A stretch of 61,125 nt of DNA, filler included, from Gonapodya sp. JEL0774 (taxonomy: Eukaryota): the NCBI GenBank assembly GCA_027604505.1. It is 14 parts of 14 records of this genome, joined end to end, with 100 filler letters (N's around TTAATTAATTAA, not from the genome) between each part and the next. Parts side by side here need not be neighbours in the genome. Positions count along the whole stretch, not along the records: positions 1 to 4,289 come from JADIIX010000996.1; positions 4,390 to 8,676 come from JADIIX010000997.1; positions 8,777 to 13,062 come from JADIIX010000998.1; 11 more parts are not named here. The stretch is one strand, 5' to 3'. A model generated the notes under the pieces. It was not told where the DNA came from, did not search any database, and worked only from the letters and a program-made list of their open reading frames with translations. Below, one piece after another: positions 1 through 11,005 of the stretch. How positions within the stretch are numbered: position 1 is the first letter of the stretch; each line of letters opens with the position of its first letter. Position numbers and translations under genes: made by a program.

Positions 1-611
1 CACTCCTTACAGTAATAGGCGTCCGATATTCCCATGCCGCCACATATTACACAACGTCCCTGATACGATCCGTAGTTGCACTCGTCGCAAACCCGGACGA
101 GGATGTGCGGTTTCACGTACGAGTCACAGATAACACATTTCCCGTCACACTAGAGGAAGGCGAACGTTCCGAAAGTTATGGTGAGGGGTATTTGGGCGAA
201 CGTTCAAGTCGGAAAGTGTTTCGTGGTTCGATAATGACAAAATTAGACGATTGGAGGCCGAGAAAACGAAGTAAGGCACTCACTAAACTCACCTTTTCAC
301 AAAGACGTCCTATTGCTGTCCACAACCGGTCCATCCACAATTCCGAACGGCCAAACCAACGTTTCAGTTTCGCGTCGCTGTGGAGAGCAGGTGCAGAGCT
401 TGATAGGTCACTCACCAATGCCAGGCTGTTTTCGGCACATGATCAAATCAGGGTGATGTTTCGCCATGTCGGTTTAAGGGCTTCGTTTCAAACGTTGGTG
501 GTTCGTGGGATGTTTCGAGAAAGGCGAGTCAGCACACATACTTACTGCCAGTTTAGTGGTATAGGACAGTAGTCTGCACACGGTGAATCCAAACCAGTAT
601 CTCTCACGCTG

Positions 612-1349
612 ATGACGCAATCCGTTGCAACCCCAGATGATGTAGATGAACCACTTTCTCGGCGTGACCGATTGCGGGTTCTCCTATCTACTCCTCTGCC
701 TCCCCCAGAGTCTTACCCGGATCGTCGCGTCTATGTCAATATGGACCATATCCGTGTGCTCATTGAATCTGGATTCCTCTTTGGATCATTCCTGGGAGGT
801 TTCTTGGGTGCTCGAGCCCGTCGACTTCAGTTTCTTGCGGAGAACGCCCATAGATTACCACGCACCCCACGTGGCTGGTTCATGTATCACCGAGAGCGAA
901 ACTATCAAGTAGCTAAGCGCGCTGGAATAGTGGGAGTATCGTACGGAGCAAAGGTGGCTGTAGTTTGCGGAGTTTTTGCGGGTGTGGAGACCGCAATAGA
1001 TGTTGCACGAGACAACGAGGATTGGATTAGTGGAGGACTCAGTGGACTTTTGACGGGGGCGCTCTTCGCAAGTGCAGGTGTGATCACGGTTGCCCCGTCT
1101 TCTCATCAATATGTTCACTCTCATGACCTTCGCATGATTCCAGCTCGACTGCCCAAGACCTCAACCCTCCGTTTCCTGGGCCTCTCGACAGCGACTGGAG
1201 TAACCGTGGGAGTTTCACAAGATCTTTACCGATACTACGAAGGTGAATCCGCGAAGTATCCCAAACCCTTCGAACGGACATGGAGAAAAGCACCGGATTT
1301 ATCCCAAAAGCAAGCAGAGCAGACAGCACAGGTTGCTGCGTTGAGATAG
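612..1349 (+). CDS. Tim17/Tim22/Tim23-family mitochondrial inner-membrane protein (fungal type)
   Basis: Gly-rich TM segments (GFLFGSFLGGFLG, GGLSGLLTGALF) and the fungal family motif FLAENAHRLPRTPRGWFMYHRERNY. Probable in-frame 66-nt GT..AG intron at 1078-1143. Confidence 0.7.
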   Translation: MTQSVATPDDVDEPLSRRDRLRVLLSTPLPPPESYPDRRVYVNMDHIRVLIESGFLFGSFLGGFLGARARRLQFLAENAHRLPRTPRGWFMYHRERNYQVAKRAGIVGVSYGAKVAVVCGVFAGVETAIDVARDNEDWISGGLSGLLTGALFASAGVITVAPSSHQYVHSHDLRMIPARLPKTSTLRFLGLSTATGVTVGVSQDLYRYYEGESAKYPKPFERTWRKAPDLSQKQAEQTAQVAALR

Positions 1350-1530
1350 AGTTTCTCCCCTCAGATAGACAATTAGATTTCCGTACTTTGAATCAAAGTT
1401 TGTATGTGTAGACGTACGTTCAGGTTTGCCTTGAACGTTCTCTCGATCCCTGAAGTCACTTGTCATGAAGGGGCTGGGCCGATCGAAGTTGAGTTGAGGG
1501 TGCCGCTCTCCCAACGTAACCCGCATACAC

Positions 1531-2502
1531 ATGAGTTCCAGACGCCCATCGACACCCACGTTCAATGTCTCGTTCGAGCCTGTCGCTGGTCACGAACCAG
1601 ACCCCAAATCGCCCTTCACAGTCCTGCCTCCGCTGCCATCTCGGAGTTATATCAACGGCGGCGATTACCGGTACAGCGTGACGACGGCGTCAAAGCTAGC
1701 AAGCGACGTCAGCATCTTAACTCGAACACCCTCCGCATCTGGGCTGGGGGTCCCTCCTGATGCGACTGAGCTTCTTCTCAACAACGGCGCACATTTACCG
1801 GAATCCAAGCCCATTCATCTTGCGTGCTTCCACTACTCGCGCATCTCTTCAATATTTGATGGCATTATACTCGTTTCCGCAAATCTCTTTCGATTTCTAG
1901 ACGGCGGAGACGTCGAAGTCGGTTTGAAAATAACGGCGAATGGTTGGGCAACGTCTAGGGACATGGAAGCGGAGTTGGACTCTTCATCCTGGATCCAAAG
2001 TAACGAGAACAGTAACAAACCGTCAAAGTGGCGCTTTCGGTTCCGCCTCAGTGATGTCATCGCGGCCTCTGAACTCAGTCATGGCGTGAAGCCCACAGTA
2101 CATCTCCAACTATGCGCATTCGCCCGTTCATCACCTTCTACGACCTCGAGCCACTCTTCTCCATCTTCTCCCCATAACTCAATGTGTTTTGAACTTTGGG
2201 ACTCGGATTGGAACCGTAACTACCGCGTTTCGGTTCGACCCATCACACGTTTTGAGCAGGAAATCCACGAGCAGGAGCAGTTTCTCTCAGGCGTTCTGAT
2301 AAAGCGAAAGCCCTCATTCTCCGGCAAAGGAAGGATAAATTCATCTGGAGGTAGTGGTACTTACCTGTCTTTGAATGGACTTTTGGGAACTCGATACGCG
2401 ACCGTTGAACTTGAAACGGCAGGTGTACGAAGGGCATGGGTGCAAAAGAGGGAGTCGGCAGTGAAGGGAGCCACTGGTGTGATATGCGCTTGTGTGGTTT
2501 GA
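1531..2502 (+). CDS. Protein with a divergent CBM21-like (glycogen/starch-binding) domain
   Basis: GIILVSANL..VEVGLKITANGWATSRDMEAE..KWRFRFRL..LQLCAFA..ELWDSDWNRNYRV parallels the CBM21 consensus (G.V.V.NL..V.VR.T.D.W.T..D..A...F.F.....YWDNN.G.NY). 323-aa ORF; exon ends uncertain. Confidence 0.55.
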   Translation: MSSRRPSTPTFNVSFEPVAGHEPDPKSPFTVLPPLPSRSYINGGDYRYSVTTASKLASDVSILTRTPSASGLGVPPDATELLLNNGAHLPESKPIHLACFHYSRISSIFDGIILVSANLFRFLDGGDVEVGLKITANGWATSRDMEAELDSSSWIQSNENSNKPSKWRFRFRLSDVIAASELSHGVKPTVHLQLCAFARSSPSTTSSHSSPSSPHNSMCFELWDSDWNRNYRVSVRPITRFEQEIHEQEQFLSGVLIKRKPSFSGKGRINSSGGSGTYLSLNGLLGTRYATVELETAGVRRAWVQKRESAVKGATGVICACVV

Positions 2503-2797
2503 CCCTGGAAGGACACATGAACGGGGACAGTCCGCCAATTACAACAGCATTCTATAGAGACTTTGGCACATATATTGCGCGACAAGTATGGCACGTAGTG
2601 GAGATCTATGTCTCTTCGAACTCACAGTACAGATTTAACGATCGATTTGACTAGGACGAGTAATTGATATATACAATCATGATGTCTAACCACACAGGTA
2701 CTTCGAAGTCACTTCAGATCCTGCTGCTCCTCTTTCTCTTCAGCTTTCCTCCTGTACTGCCGGCGGCAGCACGGGCGATTGCCGCCGGCGCCTCACG

Positions 2798-4289
2798 TCA
2801 ATCCTCCATTTCCACCACCTCAGGTCCTTCTTGGTCCTTCTCAACGGAGTACGAGAGATCGTCGCGTTTGGGATCGTAGCCGATCGTGATGATGGCGTGG
2901 TCGGTGACAGTGTTCGAGAGGATCATGCGACTTAGGTGCGTGACGACTGTCTTTTCGAGGAAACGGCGGATTGGTCTGTAAACAAAAGAGATCGTGTGAG
3001 CCATCGTTTTCTTGCACCACTTCCAAGAAGCCGCCTTCGTAGTACTTACCTTGCACCGAAGTGCGCATCGTACGCGACCCGTAAGACAAAGTCCGCCGCC
3101 TGATCCGTCATCTTCAGCTTGACTTGCCTCTCCTCCAACCGCTTCGATATCCCTGCCAGTTGAATAAGGACAATACTCCTCAAGGAACCCGCACCCAAAG
3201 GACTGAATATCACTATATCGTCCAATCGGTTCAAAAACTCGGGTCTAAATGTGTGCCGCACTTCTTCCATGACACGGGCTTTGACCACTTCGTCGACACC
3301 GCGGCCCTCATCAGCAGCTTGTTGGAGGTGCAAATAGCCCACGTTGGAGGTGAGAATGATGACGGAGTTGGAGAAGTCGACAGTACGGCCATGGCCGTCG
3401 GTGAGTCGCCCGTCATCCAGTACTTGCAACAGGATTGTGAGGACTTGCGGGTGAGCTTTCTCAATCTCGTCAAAGAGAACCACGGTGTAAGGTCGCTGAA
3501 CGCACAAGGAGTAACTCGTTATGTTTATCCCATACGCTCGAAACCACATCAGAGTGAACTCACCCGTCTCACTGCCTCGGTCAACAACCCTCCTTCGTCG
3601 TACCCCACATAGCCAGGCGGGCTCCCAACCAACCTCGCAACCGAATGCTGCTCTTGATACTCGCTCATATCTATCCTCACCATACTTTTCTCGTCGTCGA
3701 ACAGTTCCTGTGCCAGCGCCTTGGCCAACTCCGTTTTTCCCACCCCGGTAGGACCAAGGAAGAGAAACGACCCGATCGGTTGGTGTTCCCGCGCAAGTCC
3801 CGCACGGGAGCGCAGAATGGCTTCAGCTACAGCAGTGACCGCGGCATCTTGTCCAACGACACGTTGGCGGAGTCTGTCGCCGAGTTGAAGGAGTTTCTGA
3901 ACCGCAGATTGGTTGAGGCGTTCGACAGGGATACCGGTCTACATAATGGCGAACGGATTATTATTGACCAAGTCTTCCAGAGGGATGTATCGGACTCACC
4001 CAACGCGCGACCACTGCCGCAATCTGATCGGCCCCAACATCCTCCGTCAATAACTTCGTACCCTTTTGCTTGGGATCGTTCTTCGCGTCCGCTTCCAGAC
4101 GCTCAAGCTCGTTTATACGCTTTTCAGTGTCGGGTACAGCATACGACTGTAGGGTTGATGTTGTGTGAAGAAGTCAGTCATCGTCAGAATCATTAATAAC
4201 TCGACGCCCATCAAACTCACCTTCAAATCCGCCGCGGTAGCCAAGTCTCTCCTTCGCAGCGCATCCTCATACTTGACTTTCAAATCGTC
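2798..4289 (-). CDS. HSP104: Hsp104/ClpB disaggregase, 3' part (M-domain end, NBD2, C-terminus), 5'-truncated, multi-intron
   Basis: Motifs [68 protein letters not shown] and FGARPIRR. Introns include 2976-3049 and 3496-3563. Acidic tail VVEMED*. Confidence 0.93.
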
Positions 4290-4389
4290 NNNNNNNNNNN
4301 NNNNNNNNNNNNNNNNNNNNNNNNNNNNNNNNNTTAATTAATTAANNNNNNNNNNNNNNNNNNNNNNNNNNNNNNNNNNNNNNNNNNNN
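4290..4389. other. Artificial contig linker (N44-TTAATTAATTAA-N44), first of 13
   Basis: Identical 100-nt linkers also at 8677-8776, 13063-13162, 17449-17548, 21834-21933, 26215-26314, 30595-30694, 34975-35074, 39343-39442, 43711-43810, 48075-48174, 52434-52533 and 56781-56880. The core has stops in all six frames, and contig lengths decrease from 4289 to 4245. Confidence 0.99.
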
Positions 4390-5594
4390 AGCCAAATACC
4401 GCTCCCTTGTCTCTCTAACCACGGCCATTCTTGGCGCCAGTGGCACCGAAACGTACTTCCGTGGTCCCGGTGAGCAAAATCCCACCCTGTTGTCGCGCTC
4501 TGGCGGTGCTCCACCTCGAGACATGGCATTCTTTCTGCTTCGCTCGGGTTGTCATGGGTGGGGTGAGGTGGTGTACCCGGGAATGTTGATAGCTGGAGCG
4601 GTGATGACCGCGATGGGTGGTGCAGGGAGAAGGTTCGTTGAGGAGGCAACAATTTTTGCGAGTGGTGGTGTAGAGGGAAGTTTCGGACCGACGAGGGAGG
4701 AGTTGGAAGCTGGTAAGGACTAAGAGGGCAAAAAGGACTTTGGGACGTGGACGTTACCATTACGTATTGCTGGTAAAGAGAATCGCTTAAACTTGTACAA
4801 CGTAGTCATAGATGAGGTTCATGGTATACGCGTTTACAGATCTGAAAATTGAAAAGAAGAATTGACTTATTTGTACCGTCTTTGCGATCCATGGAAGTGT
4901 TGAAGATTTTCTCCGAACCGCGAGCCGGGAGCATATAATGACCATGGGAGACACATGACACCAGGCCGATGTCATTGCCCCACCTGGTTGATGTGCTCGT
5001 GTAACAAGAAACCCGTCTGAACTTCTTGTTCATGTTCGTTGACAATAAAGTATTTTCGCAAAGATGACGTGAGCCCAGATCCCATGATCATCACGAAGCT
5101 GGAGAGTCCGTGACATATTTGTGTATCAAAAAACGGCAATATCTGGTACTGACTTGCGTGAGTGTCGCAGAAGTCAGAACGCTAGTGAAGAGGCAGATTT
5201 TGGGTTTCAATCACTTCTGAAGCGGGATGTCCAACCAGACGTCACTCCAAATTAGATCCTGACATTTTGTACTTTGATACTAGCAGAGATATCTGTGCTG
5301 CTGCAAACACTACCATAGATAGCATTCGATTCGACCAACGCAGTTACATTATAATGTCTCGAGAGTGTTGACGTCAACCCACCCAACATTCGAATTCATT
5401 CAATACTACTTCCATTCAATCCTTCGCACATAACCAATCCGGCATCTTTCGATTTCCTTCGCAGAAGAATGTTTTCGCTGAGTATTTGCCAAGCACCGTC
5501 ACAAATCCTCCCTACAAATTGTCAAGATTGCTGCATTCCAATCCATCTTCTTCTTCACTTCCTAAGCTTCCTCACAACAATCATCAAGCTGACA

Positions 5595-6869
5595 ATGTCG
5601 CACATCTTCGAAATTGTAAGTGCTCATGGCCATCCCGAGTCAGCCCGTCAGGCCGGCAAGCATCATCCCAACCCACTCACATTCTCCTTCTCCCCTTCAT
5701 TGTCCTCCAATGTTTTTCCGAACGACTTTTGGATAGGTGAAATCACACCCCCGCTTCCGAGATGTGTACGACCAATCATCTCGGGATCTGCCGGCGTTCA
5801 CAAGCGCAGAGATGGCATCGTTCATAGCCTCGTCAACCGCCGACATCCCAACTGTCGCCGATCGCACTTCAACAATCAACTGGGAAGCAAATTCGAGCGA
5901 CCTGACTCTGGAGGACGATGAGGAGAGTTCCTGCCAGAAGGTGAAAGTGAGTTGCGAAGACCAGCGAGGTTGCGGGCAGGACGAACCCCCAAACTCCTCC
6001 ATTACATAAAGATGTGTTCTCACGTAGATGATATTTTTGCAGATAGTCCACGCAGACTCCTCCACCCATCTTCTCACTGACTTCGACTACCGATCGTCGG
6101 AATATCTGGAGGACTCCACCGTGCCAAAATCCGGGAAGGCGGAGCAAGAATCTGTTCTCTCCCTTGTGAGTGTCCCACTTTTAACAGAGTTTTGATGCTG
6201 CTGAGATTTGAGGTCAACGAATGCTTCACAGTGGGACGAAGAAGTCCCTCTGCATCCGGCCCCTCTGATCCCCGTTCTCACGCCCAGGGAGCTGACTTGG
6301 GTTTCGCACGGCAGCGTATCAGTGAGTTATTCTTCTCCCGTGCCTTTTTCGATTCCCTGATGAAAACGGTCTGATGGCAGAACTCTCCCCAGCCATCGTT
6401 TTGGCCCGATGGCGCTGGTCCTTACGAGTTGGCACGACTATTCTCCGGTGTTCGGGTTCAACGTCATGATCATGATCTCGACGCGGGAATCGAAAGCATC
6501 GCTCGTCTCTTCCAACACTCGAATGAAGGATTCGGATCCAATGAAGAATTCGGATCCAAGATACTCCTCAAGCCTCCCCCACAACCTTGTCCACGCTTCT
6601 CTGCAACTGAACATCGCGCCGAGCTTCAGCATTGGGAACTTCCAAAACTATTCGGACAAGCAGCGACTCCGAAGCCCAGATACGATTTCTGGAGTTACGA
6701 CGCGCGGCCTTACGAGCTGACCACACTCTTTCCGTCGCTCAACAAGAAGGTCGTTGTAATCGTGAGCAGGTTGCCGGGATGGCTGTTCCGGGAGGTCCAG
6801 CCGATATCTCCTACGAGGCCACAGCTCCTTGGTGGCCCCACATCTTTGTTTCAAAGGTGGAAAATGTGA
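5595..6869 (+). CDS. Hypothetical spliced protein
   Basis: ATG at 5595 followed by a GTAAGT donor. Successive open exons have GT/AG boundaries, and the last exon overlaps ORF 6429-6869. No recognisable domain. Confidence 0.4.
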
Positions 6870-7195
6870 GTTGTTCTTCGTGACCTTGCGATTAATCGTT
6901 TTGTTTGTCAAGTCTGATAATTTTTTGTTTTTGACAGGATCAAGGTTGGTGGATCGCGCAAGTGGGTTCGGACCTAATATATGCAAATCACTAATGTATC
7001 ATAATTATTGAAACAAGGTGATAGATTAGGCCCATGTAAACTATGACTATAAAGATGTTCTTTTGGGTACGATGAACAGTATCGACATGGATGTATTTAC
7101 ATTCTACACAAGCCCCACCCGGGAAGTGAACAGTCCTCCATCGTGAGACAGCAGGTCCACTGCGAGCACAGAGTCACAAAATTGTCACGCAACCG

Positions 7196-8669
7196 TTACC
7201 GCACTGCCTCCTTCCCCTTCCTCGTCTCGTGGACCACATCCCGCTCGGCAAATCCATACCACCACACGCCAATCGGTACAGTCGCCAAATGCCACAAGGC
7301 ATGTGCATCAACAGCCCACCCGATGGGAGGAAAATCTCCCAATTCAAGCGACATGGCCAACGTGACTCCCAAGGCGAGCACGGCGCCCCGCCAAGCGTAT
7401 TCCCGATGACGCTCACGCCAAGCGAAGAAGAGCCATGCGAGTTGCGAGAGAGCACCAACAATAGCGCAGGCAATGACGTTGTAGGAATAATCGAAACGGG
7501 GGAGGAGCGCGAGGTAGGTGACGTGAAAGATGTAGAGGAGGAGGCAGAATGCCCGCCAGAGGGCTAATTGAGGGGGGATGGAGGAGAACGGGTTAAGAGA
7601 GGCGATGAAAGTGGAGAGAGTGGTGTAGATAGTGGTGAAAGGGTCCATGTCAGGGTCTGTATCGAAGTAAATGTCATCGGGGTGGTGATTTGAAGTTTGA
7701 TTGTTTGCGTGATTGGCGTGCCCGTTGGAATAGGGTGGGCCACGAGATGGTGATGCCACATGGAGTCGAAAGACACGAGCGATCGAGATGTATAGCCCGA
7801 ACATGATGGCGAGGGCGGCCGACCAATAATCCAGACGCTGGGGATTGCAGGAGAAGTGAAAGCTCAGGCACCTTTCAAATCCTGAGAAAGAGTCAAACGA
7901 GACTCTCCGATAGTCATCAAACGCTTCAGCCACTGCAGCTTCGGGGCACTCGGGGTCAAAAGACCCTTCATTGAATGAGAGCAGGATTATTCAGGATTAT
8001 TCAACTTGGTTCTTCCGAAGCGCCGTTGCTCTTGAGAGGCTCAGAGTGGCTTTTCAACGACACCACTGTCACTCCATTGTGAAATTTTACATTAAGAATG
8101 CTACACACGGCACCAGCAGCACCCCATAGCGCTGTTCGGACGAGGGATCCCGTCACCTCAAACTCTCACCCAACAAAGTTCCTCACCTCGGTCCAATAAG
8201 TATCCCTCATGTGAAAGACAGTCGACCAAACCCACGCATTCACGTTGACGAGCGCATACCACAGGTGTGAGTTGCGCAACGCGTATCCTTCAGGGGTGAC
8301 TCTACGCAGTCTCCTCCAACCGAGGTAGTGGACATAGCCATTGATGATAGAAAACAACACCGATGCTGGTTCTTGCATCCCCAAGACGCGATGAAACGGC
8401 CATTTGCCATAGTACTGGAAGACCGGCAGACCATGTGTGACACGTTGATTCGTCTCCTGCCACATACAGTTATACCTGCAGTCCGCTTCGCAATCCCACC
8501 GGAGAAGTCTGAGTGCCAATGATAGTCTTTCATCCGCGCCCCTACGCTTACAGCGATCTAATCGACAGCTTTCAAGACACAATTGGAACCCCGAGTCGTT
8601 GTCCCCGGCGGATCCGCTCGCCATGGGGAGCACAGCAGCGACGCACGCGAGCAAAAACAAGGCCATCAT
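7196..8669 (-). CDS. PER1: Per1/PGAP3 GPI-remodelling phospholipase A2-like protein
   Basis: Signal peptide and motifs WDCEADCRYNCMW, QYYGKWPFHRVLGMQEPASVLFS, NAWVWSTVFHMRD, RLDY and LELGDFPP..VDAHALWHLAT. One intron at 7838-8186. Confidence 0.93.
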
Positions 8670-8830
8670 CAGGCTCNNNNNNNNNNNNNNNNNNNNNNNN
8701 NNNNNNNNNNNNNNNNNNNNTTAATTAATTAANNNNNNNNNNNNNNNNNNNNNNNNNNNNNNNNNNNNNNNNNNNNCCCCCCCCCCGCCGTACACGGGGT
8801 CGAGTCCACGTGTCCAATTCGCACGTGCCC

Positions 8831-8876
8831 GGTTCCAGGTTCCAGGTTCCAGGTTCCAGGTTCCAGGTTCCAGGTT
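8831..8876 (+). repeat. 7-bp tandem repeat (GGTTCCA) x6.5
   Basis: Directly visible; lies in the presumed first intron of the RRP6 gene. Confidence 0.95.
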
Positions 8877-9686
8877 GCGGTCTCAGGGTTCCACCTTTGG
8901 CGTGTCCCTGTTCCCGGTTCCCGGTGCCGCTTCTCCGGCAACCACCGACCCCGAGGCACCGTCCTGGTGTCGCAGCCCACACCGCCCACCTGCACTCGGG
9001 ACCACCGGTACCACAGGTGGTATCACAACACAGGTACGTGAGAACACGGCAGACGGTAGACGGTAGCTGGATGACGATCACACCACATTCTCGTGTCCCC
9101 TGTCGCCCTTTGGCCTGTCCCCTGTCCCACGTGGCGCTCTTCCGCGCCCCGTTGTGCGTAAGTGCGAACTGCGACCGTCACCGGAACGAAAAACGGGACC
9201 AACAGGACCAACAGGACCCGCAGACCACCGGGAGGTGGCTTGATTCCATGTTGCAGATTCCATGCTCTGTATTTTAAGGCGTTCCTGGTGCCACCCTCCT
9301 TGCCCCAATCCGTCCACCACCTCGACGCCCCAAACCCCGATTCGTCGTCGTGTCGTTGTGTCGCCGTCCTTTGCACCCCTCAGTGTCTCAATGCACGTGG
9401 AGATGTGCGGCACCGCCACCACCCCCAGCACAACCTTATGTGAGGTGGAAGAAGGAACAGTGGGGAAGGAAGGTGGGTCGGGTTTGGAGGTGTCGGCGAG
9501 TCCAGGCATATCCGGTTGTTGTTATCGTCGGTGCGAGCCCGAGGGTGCGAACCCACACACACACGGGCCCAACACAGCACCAGTGGAATGGATGGGGACA
9601 CGAGTCTTCCCAGCACAGTTCTCACGCCCTCTGGATCTGTCGTTCCCCCACATTCATCGAGAGAAAAACACCCCAAAAACACTCAC

Positions 9687-10028
9687 GGCCCTCTCGAGCA
9701 AGACATCTATTACGGACACGGCCTTTGAAAACGCATCTAGAACGTCGTCAGCGTCGTGGAATCTGGGTATGCGTGAGTTAGAAGATGGGATGGAATGGGC
9801 TTTGGCAGCGTGTGCGATCAGTGTGTTTGTGAGAGCGAGCAGTTGTGCCGACGTGTTGCTGAGTCCGTGGTTGAAGTCTGCGGATGCGGCGCGGAAGAAT
9901 GGAATATCCGATGGGGTGAGGAACGCAGACGCTCTGGCTGCAACAGACAGCGAGCGACCCAGCGAGTCCACGTAGTCCGATGCTGTGGTCGCGGTGATGG
10001 AGTCCGGCGGGGGCTGCGCTGCGCTCAT
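9687..10028 (-). CDS. RRP6: Exosome exonuclease Rrp6, first exon (PMC2NT domain); remainder beyond contig
   Basis: SDIPFFRAASADFNHGLSNTSAQLLALTNTLI..DADDVLDAFSKAVSVIDVLLERA matches the PMC2NT pattern. GTGAGT donor at 9686. Confidence 0.75.
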
Positions 10029-11005
10029 CGATGGGGCAGGTGGGCCAGGTGGGCGGGAAGGGAATGGTGACTGTGGATGGGTTTGCAGTGGGGGTGGGAC
10101 TGCTCTTGGTGCGAGGTGGGGTCAAAGGTGTCGTCCGAACCCGTGGCCTCTACTCCACAGTTTTTTCTTTTCTTTCTTCCCAATCCCTCCTTTTCTTCTT
10201 CTTCTTGTCTGATTTCTCATTTCTTTTCCCATCTCTTGTGTCTGGGTCTAACGAACGGTGCTGTTCATGTTGCTGGTCCGCTCTTCTGTCTGTGAAATTC
10301 TCTGGGCCGCCTGTCCTTCTTTCCTTTCTCACTCTGTCTATTAATATTCGTATATGTTTTTATGTATTTGTATTCCACTCTGCTGGTTCCATCTGTGATC
10401 CCATGGACTGAAAGGGAAACCAAGGAGGTGGATCGGGCGGACTGGTGGAGTGCAAGGGACTCACTTTATTCATGGCGTTTACACGTCCGTTTAAAGGAGT
10501 CGCGAGAGCGTTAACTACAAATTTAAATTTTATTAAAACGTGTTGGGCGTTCAATTGGCGTTGAATTTCTGCTTAATGAAAAAGCTGGTTTCCCGATGTG
10601 GGACGGGTCTCATGCGCTCCGTGATGCCTCGAAAAGATGGTGTAACGTCTTGCCACGGTTTGGGTCATAAGAAATGGCGTTACGTAACATGGTCCATATA
10701 TATAGCAGTAGCTTTTCGTATTGATTGGAAACACACTTCCCCGCGACTTCTAACAAAAGCCGCAACACATTTCGTATCATATAATCCTGTGATCGTTCAT
10801 CGTAGGCGACTGGAGCGTCATGTGTGCAGCTGTGTGGGTCGTAATTTATCCGCTCCACCCCACTTCTTCACCGTTTTGAAGTTACGCGCTGCGCCAGACG
10901 CCTTTTGCTCTTCTGACGCGCGCTGATACGACGCTGCTTGGCAGTCTTGCGCCACAGCGCAGTAGATTGAGGTCTTTCTCGAACGCCCCGCCCGTTGGCG
11001 TTGCA

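Noticed and set aside
159..220. Twice-repeated GGCGAACGTTC (heat-shock-element-like GAAnnTTC)
   Set aside because: Only two nGAAn units each, and not upstream of the HSP104 gene. Insufficient evidence.
8831..8876. GGTTCCA repeat as a telomere, or the WNLEPGT peptide repeat as protein
   Set aside because: Only 6.5 copies, not terminal, and within a presumed intron. It is a simple microsatellite.
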